This document shows positions 39,464-49,390 of a stretch of 64,000 bases of DNA, one piece after another. The position numbers were made by a program, and so were the translations under genes. This stretch comes from a virus (Duplodnaviria; Caudoviricetes). The notes below the pieces were generated by a model that was not told the origin of the DNA, ran no database searches, and saw only the letters and a program-made list of their open reading frames with translations. The first letter of the stretch is position 1. Every line of letters begins with the position of its first letter. The stretch is taken from the IMG/VR virus record IMGVR_UViG_3300028591_000007, positions 32,001 to 96,000 of that record; one strand, given 5' to 3'.

Positions 39464-40822
39464 TTATTTAAATAAGCTAAATGTATTAGAACTATCAGAA
39501 GATTTATCATTTGATGACTCATTGGGATTATAGTATACTTCTTCTTCCTCATTTTGATTTTCAGTTTCCTGTCCATCGCCATTAGGATTATAGTATTCTT
39601 CATCCTGTGTTTCATTTTCTTGAGGTGTCATCATGCTTTGATCTTCTGGATAGTCTGGCATGTTAGCATTATTTAATTCATCAGCTCTAGGATCGTCTGA
39701 AGGTTTCATACCTATCTTCTGACGCATTTCGTTACTTGTCATAATTTCATTTCTAGACAATACGTCAGCAAGTTTAGCAATTTCACTAACAGGTATAAGC
39801 CTAAACGGATCATCATAGTAAATAATTGACTGACCTTTTGTACGAGCAGTCTTTGTCAACCATTTACGTTTCATTTCATCACAAATTGCAGCACAGATGG
39901 GTTCAATTGTTCTTTTAATATAATTGTTCATCTCTACTTCATTTGCAGTTCCGTTTAGAATTGCATCAGTGATACCTAGATGATTCTTGTAAGTCTCCAT
40001 CAAATATTTGATATGTTCGAGGAGATTCGACTCAAGAGGCCTACTCAACTGAATAAGTTTCTCATTAATATCCATATACGCAATACCGTAAGGATTATTA
40101 ACAAGCTGGTCTTCAATCTCTTTTCTTCGTCTTGTTGCATTATCTTGATGAAGTTGAGATCTTGTTGAATAAGGTACTTGAATAATCATATTTAACTTGT
40201 TTGATGCGTTTTCATTGTCAACAACATCAAGCAGAGCTAACTTTTTAAATATCCTACTTAGAATAGAACTTGGTGCGTTCATTATTTCGTACATAGGATT
40301 TTGAACAATACATACAATCTCTTTATCAAGTAATAGTTTCTCAATTCGTCCAGTTTTGTCGTTGTATATTTCAACTTCAACCTTTCTTGGATACCATTGA
40401 ACTATGTCGCCGCACCTGACGTCGTATATATCGTATGTACCGGTTTCATTAGGATTGTCATCAGATACTATTGGAGCAAGAGCAACAACTCCTTGTGCAA
40501 ACATTCTTTGAACTGCATCTTGTATAAAAGCTCGTCCTGTCTGATCAATGTTTGCACTGACATTAAGACACTCATTTAAAGGAGAATCTATATGATCTAC
40601 AAAATTACCGTCTACATCTACCTTTGCATGCATTATCTCAACACTAGCTACATCAATTGCTATACGATTAAATATAGAATTAATCATAGAACGATCAGTT
40701 TGTGATCTGTTTTGTGTTCGCTCTGGATAATAGTATGAACTTGGTCCTAACTCTTGTACTGGCGTAGGATCTTTATTCATAAATGCATTCCAGGCATGTT
40801 TTATTCTGTTTTTAAAGTCCAT
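39464..40822 (-). CDS. Portal protein
   Basis: R.KHAWNAF, NRIA.DVA, ANIDQTGRAF, RNEI.TSNE.R; between terminase and capsid. Confidence 0.9.
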   Translation of the reverse strand: MDFKNRIKHAWNAFMNKDPTPVQELGPSSYYYPERTQNRSQTDRSMINSIFNRIAIDVASVEIMHAKVDVDGNFVDHIDSPLNECLNVSANIDQTGRAFIQDAVQRMFAQGVVALAPIVSDDNPNETGTYDIYDVRCGDIVQWYPRKVEVEIYNDKTGRIEKLLLDKEIVCIVQNPMYEIMNAPSSILSRIFKKLALLDVVDNENASNKLNMIIQVPYSTRSQLHQDNATRRRKEIEDQLVNNPYGIAYMDINEKLIQLSRPLESNLLEHIKYLMETYKNHLGITDAILNGTANEVEMNNYIKRTIEPICAAICDEMKRKWLTKTARTKGQSIIYYDDPFRLIPVSEIAKLADVLSRNEIMTSNEMRQKIGMKPSDDPRADELNNANMPDYPEDQSMMTPQENETQDEEYYNPNGDGQETENQNEEEEVYYNPNESSNDKSSDSSNTFSLFK

Positions 40823-40856
40823 TATGCATCTCCTTTTGATTACAATCCATTTTGAA

Positions 40857-42599
40857 TTATTCGAAAAAGTCTTTGTTTAATTTATATGCTACAAAAGCAT
40901 CCATTAACGCAGACACGTTATCAATCTTATCTTGGTGTCTCTTTTTATGTAACTTTCTATTACCATTACTATCTTCACTAACAACTGCATTCTCCATAGC
41001 ATAACTCATCAGTTGTTCATCAAATAATAACATTCTATTTTCAGCAAGTTTCTTTAACTCACCAAGTGGTACTGATTCAGTTCTAACACCTTGTATTACT
41101 TTCTCAATTCCGTAAGGTCCATTATCCCTAGCCCATCGTTCAACAAACTCTTTAGCATTGTAAGGGTCATAACCTAAACATTCTATAGAGTATTGATGAG
41201 CTGCAATAAACTGTTCCAGATCTTCATATACAATATTTAAATCCAAAACAGTAGCATCCATAACAACTAATGAACCTTCTTCAATGAAAGTATCATATAA
41301 TAATCTTGTTGCCAAAGTCAGTTTAGATTGGGTTAATGTTGTAATATAACTTCGTGTCTTAACACCAAATGTACCATTAGAAAGTGGAAATAGAAAAGTA
41401 AATGCACAAAAGTCATCACCTTGAGATAAGTCACAACCCATTGCACAAGACATGTTCCAAAATTCTTGATGAGGTCCTGGAACTGTTTCTTCATATGTGA
41501 AGTAATATGTGAAACCTTCCATTGGAATATTAAACATCTTTGCAAGTATTTCATTTCTTAAAGACGGGAACGCATTTGCTTTCTTAACATCTTCTAAGTA
41601 ATCCTCTTCTGAAGTTGTATAACCAATGTTAGGATTAGCTTTACGCCACATAAAAGGATAGTTAATCTCTTCCTTATTATCTAGCTTGTAATAGAAAATA
41701 CTTGTGTGTGGATCTACGAACGTACCTTTGAGTATGTCCATTAACATCATTTTGATTGTATCACCAACACCATGTCTAATAGTTCCTTCTGATGAGGTAC
41801 AAAGTAATAAGTAATCTGGTACTTTCTTTGCACCCTGTTCAATTGCTTCTATAGGATTCTCCTTAGTCTCACCTGATAACCATTCATCAAGACTTGCGAC
41901 TTTACAGCGCAAACCCTGAAGCGAATCAATCGACAATGGTCTTACTTCAAGAAGTGAGTTTGTTAAGAAGTTCTGTATTCCTTTCTTTGTAGAAGCAACT
42001 TTAACTCTATTAGCTTTTGAGCCAGTAGTGTTATTAATTGAACCTTCTGTAAGAAATTTGAATAATGGGCCTCTAGCTTTAGTAAGTGCAGTCTTTATTG
42101 GAGACATTACTTCTTCAGCCTGTCTCATAGTTGGTGCTACTGCTATTTGGTGAGTAGTAGAATTATCTATATTCAAGAAGTAATTATGTATTGTACTTGA
42201 ATACAGTGACTTTGATGCACGTCTCCCAACTATAAGAAATTGCTTGTGTATAAGTCGTCTACGAACGTTTTTTGTGACATAATGTCCGGGTTGTCCGTCA
42301 TGTCCTTTAACAAATACTTGTGCCGGTTCAAAGTAATACCAACCAAATATCTGTTCAGCCCATAACTTAAATGAATCGAGTAGGACTAAATCCGAACCGT
42401 CTGTCAAAGTTAGTTCTTTCTCGCAGAACTTTATATAACCTTCTACAGGACCTCTATCATACCAAACTGTTGGATTCGCAATTAATCTATCAATTCGTTG
42501 CATCTCCATTGAAATAGTTTGACAGACAGGTATTTCTGCAGCTAAGACAGCGTCTCGAAATTGCCCATAATATTTCGGTACAGCTGTATTTGATATCAT
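40857..42599 (-). CDS. Terminase large subunit
   Basis: SNTAVPKYY, variant Walker A VGRRASKS, Walker B DEWL, G.DLSQGDDF and KID.V.ALMDA nuclease motifs. Confidence 0.93.
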   Translation of the reverse strand: MISNTAVPKYYGQFRDAVLAAEIPVCQTISMEMQRIDRLIANPTVWYDRGPVEGYIKFCEKELTLTDGSDLVLLDSFKLWAEQIFGWYYFEPAQVFVKGHDGQPGHYVTKNVRRRLIHKQFLIVGRRASKSLYSSTIHNYFLNIDNSTTHQIAVAPTMRQAEEVMSPIKTALTKARGPLFKFLTEGSINNTTGSKANRVKVASTKKGIQNFLTNSLLEVRPLSIDSLQGLRCKVASLDEWLSGETKENPIEAIEQGAKKVPDYLLLCTSSEGTIRHGVGDTIKMMLMDILKGTFVDPHTSIFYYKLDNKEEINYPFMWRKANPNIGYTTSEEDYLEDVKKANAFPSLRNEILAKMFNIPMEGFTYYFTYEETVPGPHQEFWNMSCAMGCDLSQGDDFCAFTFLFPLSNGTFGVKTRSYITTLTQSKLTLATRLLYDTFIEEGSLVVMDATVLDLNIVYEDLEQFIAAHQYSIECLGYDPYNAKEFVERWARDNGPYGIEKVIQGVRTESVPLGELKKLAENRMLLFDEQLMSYAMENAVVSEDSNGNRKLHKKRHQDKIDNVSALMDAFVAYKLNKDFFE

Positions 42600-42617
42600 A
42601 TAATTACCTTTCTTTGC

Positions 42618-44228
42618 TTAGTCTATTCTGCCTTCGTCATAGGCATTTAACCAAGCATCTACGTACTCTTCGGCCTTCTTCTCAGCATCTTTAGAGTTCA
42701 TCTTACGTTCTTTCATATATTTCTTTTTCATATCTTTGACCCAATCGTCTATTACATCTGAGTCATGTTTCTTGAGATCTTTCTTCCATTGTTCATTACG
42801 AACTACTGGTTCATTAAAGTAATCTGTTTCTGTAGTCTTTAACTGACCGAGATACTTCTTGGTAATGCTATTAGTTCTCTTGTCGTCAAGATCGAAGTCA
42901 GTTCCTTTAACATCTTCTTTATTCTTTTTGGAGAACCAGCCACCAATAGAACTCTTCTTGGATTGACTACCGATAAGATCGTATAAGTCGTGAATAGTGT
43001 CTTCATCAGTTATACCTTTTGAAATAGCTTTTTCACGGAAATCGTCTTCACTAACTTTCTTACCTTTCTTACCAGAGTTACTATTATCACCTTTACCTTT
43101 ACCGCTGCCAGAATTATCAAGTGATCCCCATTTGTCCTTGAAATCCTGCATAGACATTTTATTTGATTTCATACTTTCGTAGTCTGTTTCTCTATCTTTT
43201 GAAAGTAATTTCTTCCAATCGGTATCAAGATCAGTCTGTATGTTCTCTCTTATAAGTTTACGATTTTCGAGTGCTTGTTTTGCATTCTTAAGAGATTCTG
43301 CTTCAGTAAGAGGTTTGTTTAAAGGATTATAGAACCAATCAAGTTCTTTCTCAGCTTTCTCGGCCTCAATCTCTTCTTTCCTTGTCTTCGGTTTACTCTT
43401 AGGATCCTTAAGCCATTGTAACTCAAGTTCTTCTTTTTCAGTCATTGGTTTGCTCTTAGGATTCTTAAGCCAATCTAATTCTAACTTATCTTTCTCAAGA
43501 GCAATCTCTTCTTTCTTGGTAAGGGGCTTGGCTTTAGGATTTTTCAAGTATTCAAGTTCCGTAGCGCTCTTCTTTTCGCTAATAAGCTGACTTCTCTTTT
43601 CAGAAGCCTTCTTAGAAGCTTCATTAAGTTTGTTACTAATATTTGTGATTGGTGTAACAACTCTTTCAGCACTATTCAGAAACTTAGCTGCTTTGTCCAT
43701 AAAGTAAACGCTATCTTTCTTGTTAGCATTCTCTAATGTTCTAAGATTCTGCATCTTGTTGAAACGAACTATTGCTTCATCAATCTCGTCATTAGTAAAT
43801 TTGCTGATATTTCTTGAAATAAAGGAGAGATCACCGTTTTCGAGTGCCTCTCTTTTATCTCTATTAAACTCTCGTTTAGCTCTACGCTCTGCCTCATTAT
43901 GTCTAGCACGCTTTCTAGCTTCACGGAGTTCTTGACGAGTCATATCCTTATATGCCTTACTACCAATCTTTATGTCTTCGCTTTTGTCTATTGACTCTTC
44001 AATTCCATTCTTGTGAGCATTGGCATCTTTTTCTTTTTGTTTCTCTTCTCGGATGTAACCAACTCGTCTTCTTTCTTTACCAAGTTCTGTATAAGTTCCA
44101 TCAGGATTTTGATAATTTCGCTGTCCCCACTTCTGGCCTTTTACACCATAATGTTCAAGCGAATTCTGATCATCTTCTTGCATTACTGCTTGTAGTTCTT
44201 CATTCATTTGCATCATCCTCCGCTTCAA
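42618..44228 (-). CDS. HYGVKGQKWG-motif protein, putative internal virion protein, with L.WL.NPK.KP repeats
   Basis: SLEHYGVKGQKWGQRNYQNPDGTYT..GK.R; four ~20-26 aa repeats. Confidence 0.7.
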   Translation of the reverse strand: MKRRMMQMNEELQAVMQEDDQNSLEHYGVKGQKWGQRNYQNPDGTYTELGKERRRVGYIREEKQKEKDANAHKNGIEESIDKSEDIKIGSKAYKDMTRQELREARKRARHNEAERRAKREFNRDKREALENGDLSFISRNISKFTNDEIDEAIVRFNKMQNLRTLENANKKDSVYFMDKAAKFLNSAERVVTPITNISNKLNEASKKASEKRSQLISEKKSATELEYLKNPKAKPLTKKEEIALEKDKLELDWLKNPKSKPMTEKEELELQWLKDPKSKPKTRKEEIEAEKAEKELDWFYNPLNKPLTEAESLKNAKQALENRKLIRENIQTDLDTDWKKLLSKDRETDYESMKSNKMSMQDFKDKWGSLDNSGSGKGKGDNSNSGKKGKKVSEDDFREKAISKGITDEDTIHDLYDLIGSQSKKSSIGGWFSKKNKEDVKGTDFDLDDKRTNSITKKYLGQLKTTETDYFNEPVVRNEQWKKDLKKHDSDVIDDWVKDMKKKYMKERKMNSKDAEKKAEEYVDAWLNAYDEGRID

Positions 44229-44547
44229 CTTTTAATAAGTACTCGTATTCTTTTATTTGTTCTTCCATATGCTTTGATAAAGAAGAATTTGTTGCGGGAT
44301 CAAATAATGATTTAACTTTAAGATAGATGTAAACTTTACACATTTCTTCTTGTGTTATGTCTACAACAAATTTGTCCCATGTAGTGCTGCTGTCTTTTAT
44401 TGAGAAGCCTTTAACTGGACCGACACCAAGCTGTGTCAGCCTTGCAAACGCAGCATTAATAAATATTATTATCTCTTGATCGAATGATTCATCTTCTGGC
44501 ATAAGAGATAACTGTGTTTTGATTGATGTCAGTATGCTCTCATTCAT
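44200..44547 (-). CDS. Head-to-tail adaptor
   Basis: SILTSIK..L...FD.EII..IN.AF..L.QLGVGP..YIYLKVK.LFDP. Confidence 0.75.
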   Translation of the reverse strand: MNESILTSIKTQLSLMPEDESFDQEIIIFINAAFARLTQLGVGPVKGFSIKDSSTTWDKFVVDITQEEMCKVYIYLKVKSLFDPATNSSLSKHMEEQIKEYEYLLKVEAEDDANE

Positions 44548-44558
44548 AGTCTTCTCCT

Positions 44559-44798
44559 TTACAGAGTAGCAGTTCCCTTTTTCTGTACCTTTACTGTCTT
44601 GGGTTCCGGTTTAATTTCAACCTTAGGTTCAATTTTCTTAATCTCAACTGCTGGTGTTTCAACAGGTTTCACTGTTGTATCAAGTATTGGATTTGTTGCA
44701 GGTACAGATTCTTCTACAGCAACATCTTCTACTACATGTGTTTCTGCTTCATTTGTAACTTCTTCGTTGTTCTGATAAAAGTTTCTATTCTTTCCCAT
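44559..44798 (-). CDS. Hypothetical low-complexity protein
   Basis: 79 aa, GAAAGGAG RBS. Confidence 0.65.
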   Translation of the reverse strand: MGKNRNFYQNNEEVTNEAETHVVEDVAVEESVPATNPILDTTVKPVETPAVEIKKIEPKVEIKPEPKTVKVQKKGTATL

Positions 44799-44814
44799 TT
44801 TGGTATTTCTCCTT

Positions 44815-45315
44815 TCATCTTATTATTGTCGGAATGTGTTCATACTTTGCAGTGAACATGTCTTGATCACCTGGATAACGTCTTACTGGATCTTTTGCAA
44901 TTCTTGAAACATTTATGTCGCCGTAGTGAATTGCATTATGTGTCTCGAATGAAACACAGATCAAGTATTCAGGATCTAACAAGAATGGAGTACGATTAAT
45001 AATGTCATCGGTAGTAATTGGATTCATATGATGTATTATTATTTTGACCTTATTAGGTATTTCGTATTCCGGTATTGCTAAATCACAAGCATTATCTCGT
45101 ATAACAATTTGTCTTTTAATTCTTGCCCATTCGATCGACTTGTAAAAGTTTTGGTTCATCCATCTTCTACTATAAGGACCGAATGTATCTTCTCCTATTC
45201 TCCCGTCAAGTTTTAAGTACTCGAAACGTTCTTTAAATGTTGGAAGTTGCATTAACTCAGTATACGTCCTGATACGGTCCGTAACCATCATTATCACCTT
45301 CCTCGTACTCGTCAT
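44815..45315 (-). CDS. HNH endonuclease (packaging-associated)
   Basis: RD..CDL....IIHHMNP...LI.VS..THNAIHYG. Confidence 0.85.
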   Translation of the reverse strand: MTSTRKVIMMVTDRIRTYTELMQLPTFKERFEYLKLDGRIGEDTFGPYSRRWMNQNFYKSIEWARIKRQIVIRDNACDLAIPEYEIPNKVKIIIHHMNPITTDDIINRTPFLLDPEYLICVSFETHNAIHYGDINVSRIAKDPVRRYPGDQDMFTAKYEHIPTIIR

Positions 45316-45631
45316 AGTTTATACCTTGGTATTCTTGGAATGCCGAGATTATTTGTCCATATAATTCTTCTGTGCTTCTTGAACGTTCGATGTCGGCAAC
45401 TCTTGCTTGAATTAATTTTGTTTCTTCTTCCAATTTTATTCTTTCTAGTCTTGCTTCAGGTGAAGCTTGCTTAACAAAATATAAGATCTCGGCTGAAGAC
45501 GCCACACCATTTCGCATTCTTTGTTCAGCCAAGTCCATTGCAAGAGAGCCCATCTGTAGAGTTCTTTCCTCATCAGAAGACGCCGGCGGGAAGTCCGGAG
45601 TGTTTGGTTTCACTCTCTTGTCTTCTTTCAT
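45257..45631 (-). CDS. Putative terminase small subunit-like protein
   Basis: LA.DLAE.RM..G.ASS; first gene after the putative genome end, upstream of HNH/TerL. Confidence 0.45.
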   Translation of the reverse strand: MKEDKRVKPNTPDFPPASSDEERTLQMGSLAMDLAEQRMRNGVASSAEILYFVKQASPEARLERIKLEEETKLIQARVADIERSRSTEELYGQIISAFQEYQGINYDEYEEGDNDGYGPYQDVY

Positions 45632-45660
45632 ACACTTTCCTTCCTTTTCTATTTGCTTAA

Positions 45661-45841
45661 CAGTGAGGTCTATCCCACTTTAAAGCTCCACTGACACACT
45701 TTAGCCACAGTTTATTGGGCGTGACTGAGCTAATACCGCTTTGACTTCTGCAATCTTATGAAGGGCTTACAAAAATCAGTTAAAGGATAAGGAGACGAAC
45801 CTAGCGAGACAATGGAGCTTTAGAGTGAGAAGACCCCACTG
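45661..45841 (-). ncRNA. ~180-nt multi-helix structured RNA candidate
   Basis: ~32-bp closing inverted repeat and two inner hairpins, G-U pairs on the minus strand. Confidence 0.6.
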
Positions 45842-45877
45842 GTAAAGCCCCGGGTATAAAATCAAATATCAGCAGAT

Positions 45878-45950
45878 CCCCCCGGAGAAATTTCGAAGTG
45901 GCGCTCGAAGCAAGAGTCCCATTCTTTCCCACGAACCCCCCGGGGTGTGT
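45878..45950. other. Candidate genome end / packaging (cos-like) site
   Basis: GC-rich island with CCCCGGGG palindrome between the RNAP block and the packaging genes. Confidence 0.4.
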
Positions 45951-46016
45951 TTTATAGATATTAAGGGGTATATGTTCTTGGATAAACATTTTATAAACTT
46001 AATATTAATAAAAACA

Positions 46017-46337
46017 TTAACTGAATCTGTCAACATCATCAACATTGTCGTCACTATACTCTTCCTCAGCTTTAACAACAGCATCCCAATCAGGTTCAGG
46101 TACTTCACGTACTAACTTCTTGTAGGTCTGAGGCATTAGCTTAACCCAACGATCAATGACTTGCTCCTTAATAGCTTCGTTATAGCTATCAGGTAAGCTG
46201 TCAGCAGGAGCAGGTGCAAGACGAGCTAACAATGCACAAGTGTTGTAACCAAACTGCATGTCAATCTTGTACCATTCCTCGAAATTGTCAAAGGGATTAA
46301 ATGGATTGTCTACTGTGGTAAGCATTACTTCTCTCAT
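46017..46337 (-). CDS. Conserved-looking hypothetical protein
   Basis: MLTTVDNPFNPF..F.EW...D...GY.T..LLAR; AAGGAGG RBS. Confidence 0.75.
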   Translation of the reverse strand: MREVMLTTVDNPFNPFDNFEEWYKIDMQFGYNTCALLARLAPAPADSLPDSYNEAIKEQVIDRWVKLMPQTYKKLVREVPEPDWDAVVKAEEEYSDDNVDDVDRFS

Positions 46338-46465
46338 AGATTAATCCTCCTTTCCCTTTTATTATTATTACTATTATTATTTATTGACCCATTACAAATA
46401 TCACAGTGAGTAGAAGGAACAACAACTGTGAGTGTAAATGTAAATATAAATGAATCTCTCATAGC

Positions 46466-49390
46466 TTACTCCTCCTTACCCTTAACATACTTGAAGACTG
46501 TTGTCTTAGATACACCAAGACGCTTAGCAATGTCCTCAAGAGTGTAACCGCTATTAGCCATAGACTTGATAAGATTCTGCTTGGTCTTAGGCAGTGTGTT
46601 AGCAGGTGCTTGAGGTGATGCAAGCTTCTTGACCTTATCACTATCAGCGTTCTTAAGGATCTCACGTAGCTTAGAAGGGCTAATGGCATTCTTCTGTATA
46701 GCTTCCCACTCACGAGGAGTAATCTCAACTTGTACATCCTTCTTATTAGCACCAACACGAGCTCTAGCCTTAGTCATCTGTAACTGTGCTTCCTTCTTGA
46801 CCTTCTCGTTGTCCATACCAGGATTAGCTTCCTTGATCTCACGCATAGCAACATTAGCCAATACCTGTGCTTGTCTTTCTTTAGGTGCATTCCTTAAAGC
46901 ATTCTCAAGTTTATTATTCAAAGATTCAACTTCTTCTTTATAAGCTTCTCTTGCTTCAGGATTACATTTTGCAGGTTTTATAGCTAATGATTCTTTACGA
47001 GCTTCAATTGCTAATCTTTTCATATTATTTGCATATTCTGCATAAAGTTCTTCCTGAATAAATCCTTTCTTAGGATTACTCATAAGTTCTCTTGCATCAG
47101 CAACCTGTGACATTTTAGAAACTTTTACTTTTACAGGTTCTTCTTTAAATATAACATTTCCATTCTCATCAGTTTTGAATGTGCCATCTTTATTTTTCTG
47201 AGGCTTCATTCTTGTACGACCTGTAGGCATATACATAAGTTCGCCAGATTCGTCTGGTCTCCAAGCTTTCTTAAGTTCTCCAGTCTTGGGATCGATTTTT
47301 GCTAACTGAACTTCGTCTATATGTTGTTCAGAACCAGCTCTTGAAAGAAGAGTTCCAGCTCCACCATAACCTATAACATTACCGTCAGCATCATACTTCT
47401 TCTGATACTTTTTCTTAAGGCTTTCGATATCATTCTCTTTGTAACTTCTCTGCCAATCAAGATTGTGTTTGTCTGCATCGATAACTGTGTTAGCATACTT
47501 AACTGCTCTTACTAACTCACCATCTTCAGCACCAATCATTGTCATGTCGGTAATTAAGTTTGAGATGATACCCATTTCCGTCTGAGTTCTCTTCTTGTCA
47601 AGGTGTTTCATTCCTTCTCTGTAAGGATACTCAGCTTTTGCATCAAAGCCAACAAGTCCTTCAAGAGGTGGTCTGTTCTTAATGTCTACTATCTTACTTG
47701 TAGGTATTACAGTAACAGTATCCCCATCGAAGTCTGCTCCTGACATTATTTCTGCAACATTGTGGTTAATACCAATTGCATCGGGAGCTAAAGGACCTAT
47801 AAACTTCTTGCCTTCTTTGTTTTTGTTATTTACAATCAGTCTAGGAATCTGGAATGTTCCTTCATGAGGATATCTGACTAATATAACTTCCTCACCATTA
47901 TCATAGCCAGGTGCATAGACTTCATTGTCTTTCAAAGTGTTAATAGGAATTATAACATGTGACTGCTGTCTTGGTAATGCTGCTGCCTTAAGATCTACTG
48001 CTGCACTATCGCACTGACTTGCAAACTCTTCAAGAGCTTTCTGTCTAACAACATCATTTGTATAATTCTTTATTTCATTGAATTCGTCAAGAGCTTCAGC
48101 ATATGTTAAGTTAAGCTGTCTCTTGATAAGTTCTTTAGGCTGTTTACTTAAGAACTGTGAAGGAAGAGTCTTAGACCAACCTTGCCAAGTTCCTTCAGCA
48201 TTAACTTTATTTATCAAACCAAGATGCTCTTTACCGTCATCACCAATATAATGGTCTTGTCCATTAGTCATGATCTTTGCACCAAAGACTGCATCAACAT
48301 CTGTTGTATCCTTGATAGGCTTAAGAGCTTTAGCATCGCCCTTTGATCTGGGCTTAGAACTGTTTACAACAATATCATAACCTTCAGGTATCTCATCAGA
48401 ATATACAGCCATTCCTTTAATGTATCTTGTAGTAGGTTCAGGATTACCATAATCATCTACTTTACCTTTAACATCACAATTCTTAACTGCAATTCTAACC
48501 TGTGCATAAGTAGAATTTCCAAGAGATAAGTCTTTCAAACCTGGTCTAATCTCAACCATACCATCTCTCTCAGCTCCACCTTCATCAGGATACTTAATAT
48601 AAACTCTACTTCTATCAATAGCTTCAGGCCATTCAGGAACCCACCAAGTTCTACCAGCATCAGGTGTATAATCTTCAACTGCATGAATCTTCTCGAGATT
48701 GTTTAATATCTCTTTCTTGGTTGTTCCAGCTGGAGCTAATATCGTAGTGTTTGTATACTGACCAGGATTGGTTACCTGTCTCAGATTAATTACATGAATA
48801 GAATATCCTTTCTCTCTAAGCATTATTGAAGCAGTTCTCAACTGACTTGAACTAATACCTGTCTTAGGAGCATCAGGTGACCAAGGATATCCAAGTTCTG
48901 TTCCTGTTGAAATATCCAAATATCCGCCTTTCTGCTTAAGAATCTTCTCAAGTCTGTCTGCAACTTGCTGATTCAACTGTTTCTTAGGAGCTTTAGCATT
49001 CTTGTAAATGGAACGAGCTGTTGATTCATTCTTTAAGCCCATCTCCTGTGCTATAGCTGTCCAACCCATACCTTTCTTATCATGAAGTCTAACAACTCTA
49101 ACTCTCTGAGCTTCTTTCTCTTGCTGTGAAGACATTGAACGACGTGCTTTAAGTTCATTAATTGAACAATCGCAAAGGTCAGCAATTTCTTTATCACTCA
49201 TTCCTTTATTGTGACAATCATTATAAAAGCGATGAAAATCTTCATTTCTTTGATAAGGATTATCTCCTGAACCCCAAGGATATCTACCAGAATGTCTAGG
49301 GGTTCCATAATGTTGTAATGATGACTCCGTTTCATGGAGTTCAATATATGCTTTGATTTTGTCATCTAAAGACATATTAGTAGTATCCAT
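46466..49390 (-). CDS. Single-subunit double-psi-barrel RNA polymerase (YonO/eukaryotic-RdRP-like) with HTH domains
   Basis: VRYPH and MSGADFDGD catalytic motifs, MG.ISNLITDM, N- and C-terminal HTH (LEDIAKRLGVSKTTV). Confidence 0.85.
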   Translation of the reverse strand: MDTTNMSLDDKIKAYIELHETESSLQHYGTPRHSGRYPWGSGDNPYQRNEDFHRFYNDCHNKGMSDKEIADLCDCSINELKARRSMSSQQEKEAQRVRVVRLHDKKGMGWTAIAQEMGLKNESTARSIYKNAKAPKKQLNQQVADRLEKILKQKGGYLDISTGTELGYPWSPDAPKTGISSSQLRTASIMLREKGYSIHVINLRQVTNPGQYTNTTILAPAGTTKKEILNNLEKIHAVEDYTPDAGRTWWVPEWPEAIDRSRVYIKYPDEGGAERDGMVEIRPGLKDLSLGNSTYAQVRIAVKNCDVKGKVDDYGNPEPTTRYIKGMAVYSDEIPEGYDIVVNSSKPRSKGDAKALKPIKDTTDVDAVFGAKIMTNGQDHYIGDDGKEHLGLINKVNAEGTWQGWSKTLPSQFLSKQPKELIKRQLNLTYAEALDEFNEIKNYTNDVVRQKALEEFASQCDSAAVDLKAAALPRQQSHVIIPINTLKDNEVYAPGYDNGEEVILVRYPHEGTFQIPRLIVNNKNKEGKKFIGPLAPDAIGINHNVAEIMSGADFDGDTVTVIPTSKIVDIKNRPPLEGLVGFDAKAEYPYREGMKHLDKKRTQTEMGIISNLITDMTMIGAEDGELVRAVKYANTVIDADKHNLDWQRSYKENDIESLKKKYQKKYDADGNVIGYGGAGTLLSRAGSEQHIDEVQLAKIDPKTGELKKAWRPDESGELMYMPTGRTRMKPQKNKDGTFKTDENGNVIFKEEPVKVKVSKMSQVADARELMSNPKKGFIQEELYAEYANNMKRLAIEARKESLAIKPAKCNPEAREAYKEEVESLNNKLENALRNAPKERQAQVLANVAMREIKEANPGMDNEKVKKEAQLQMTKARARVGANKKDVQVEITPREWEAIQKNAISPSKLREILKNADSDKVKKLASPQAPANTLPKTKQNLIKSMANSGYTLEDIAKRLGVSKTTVFKYVKGKEE

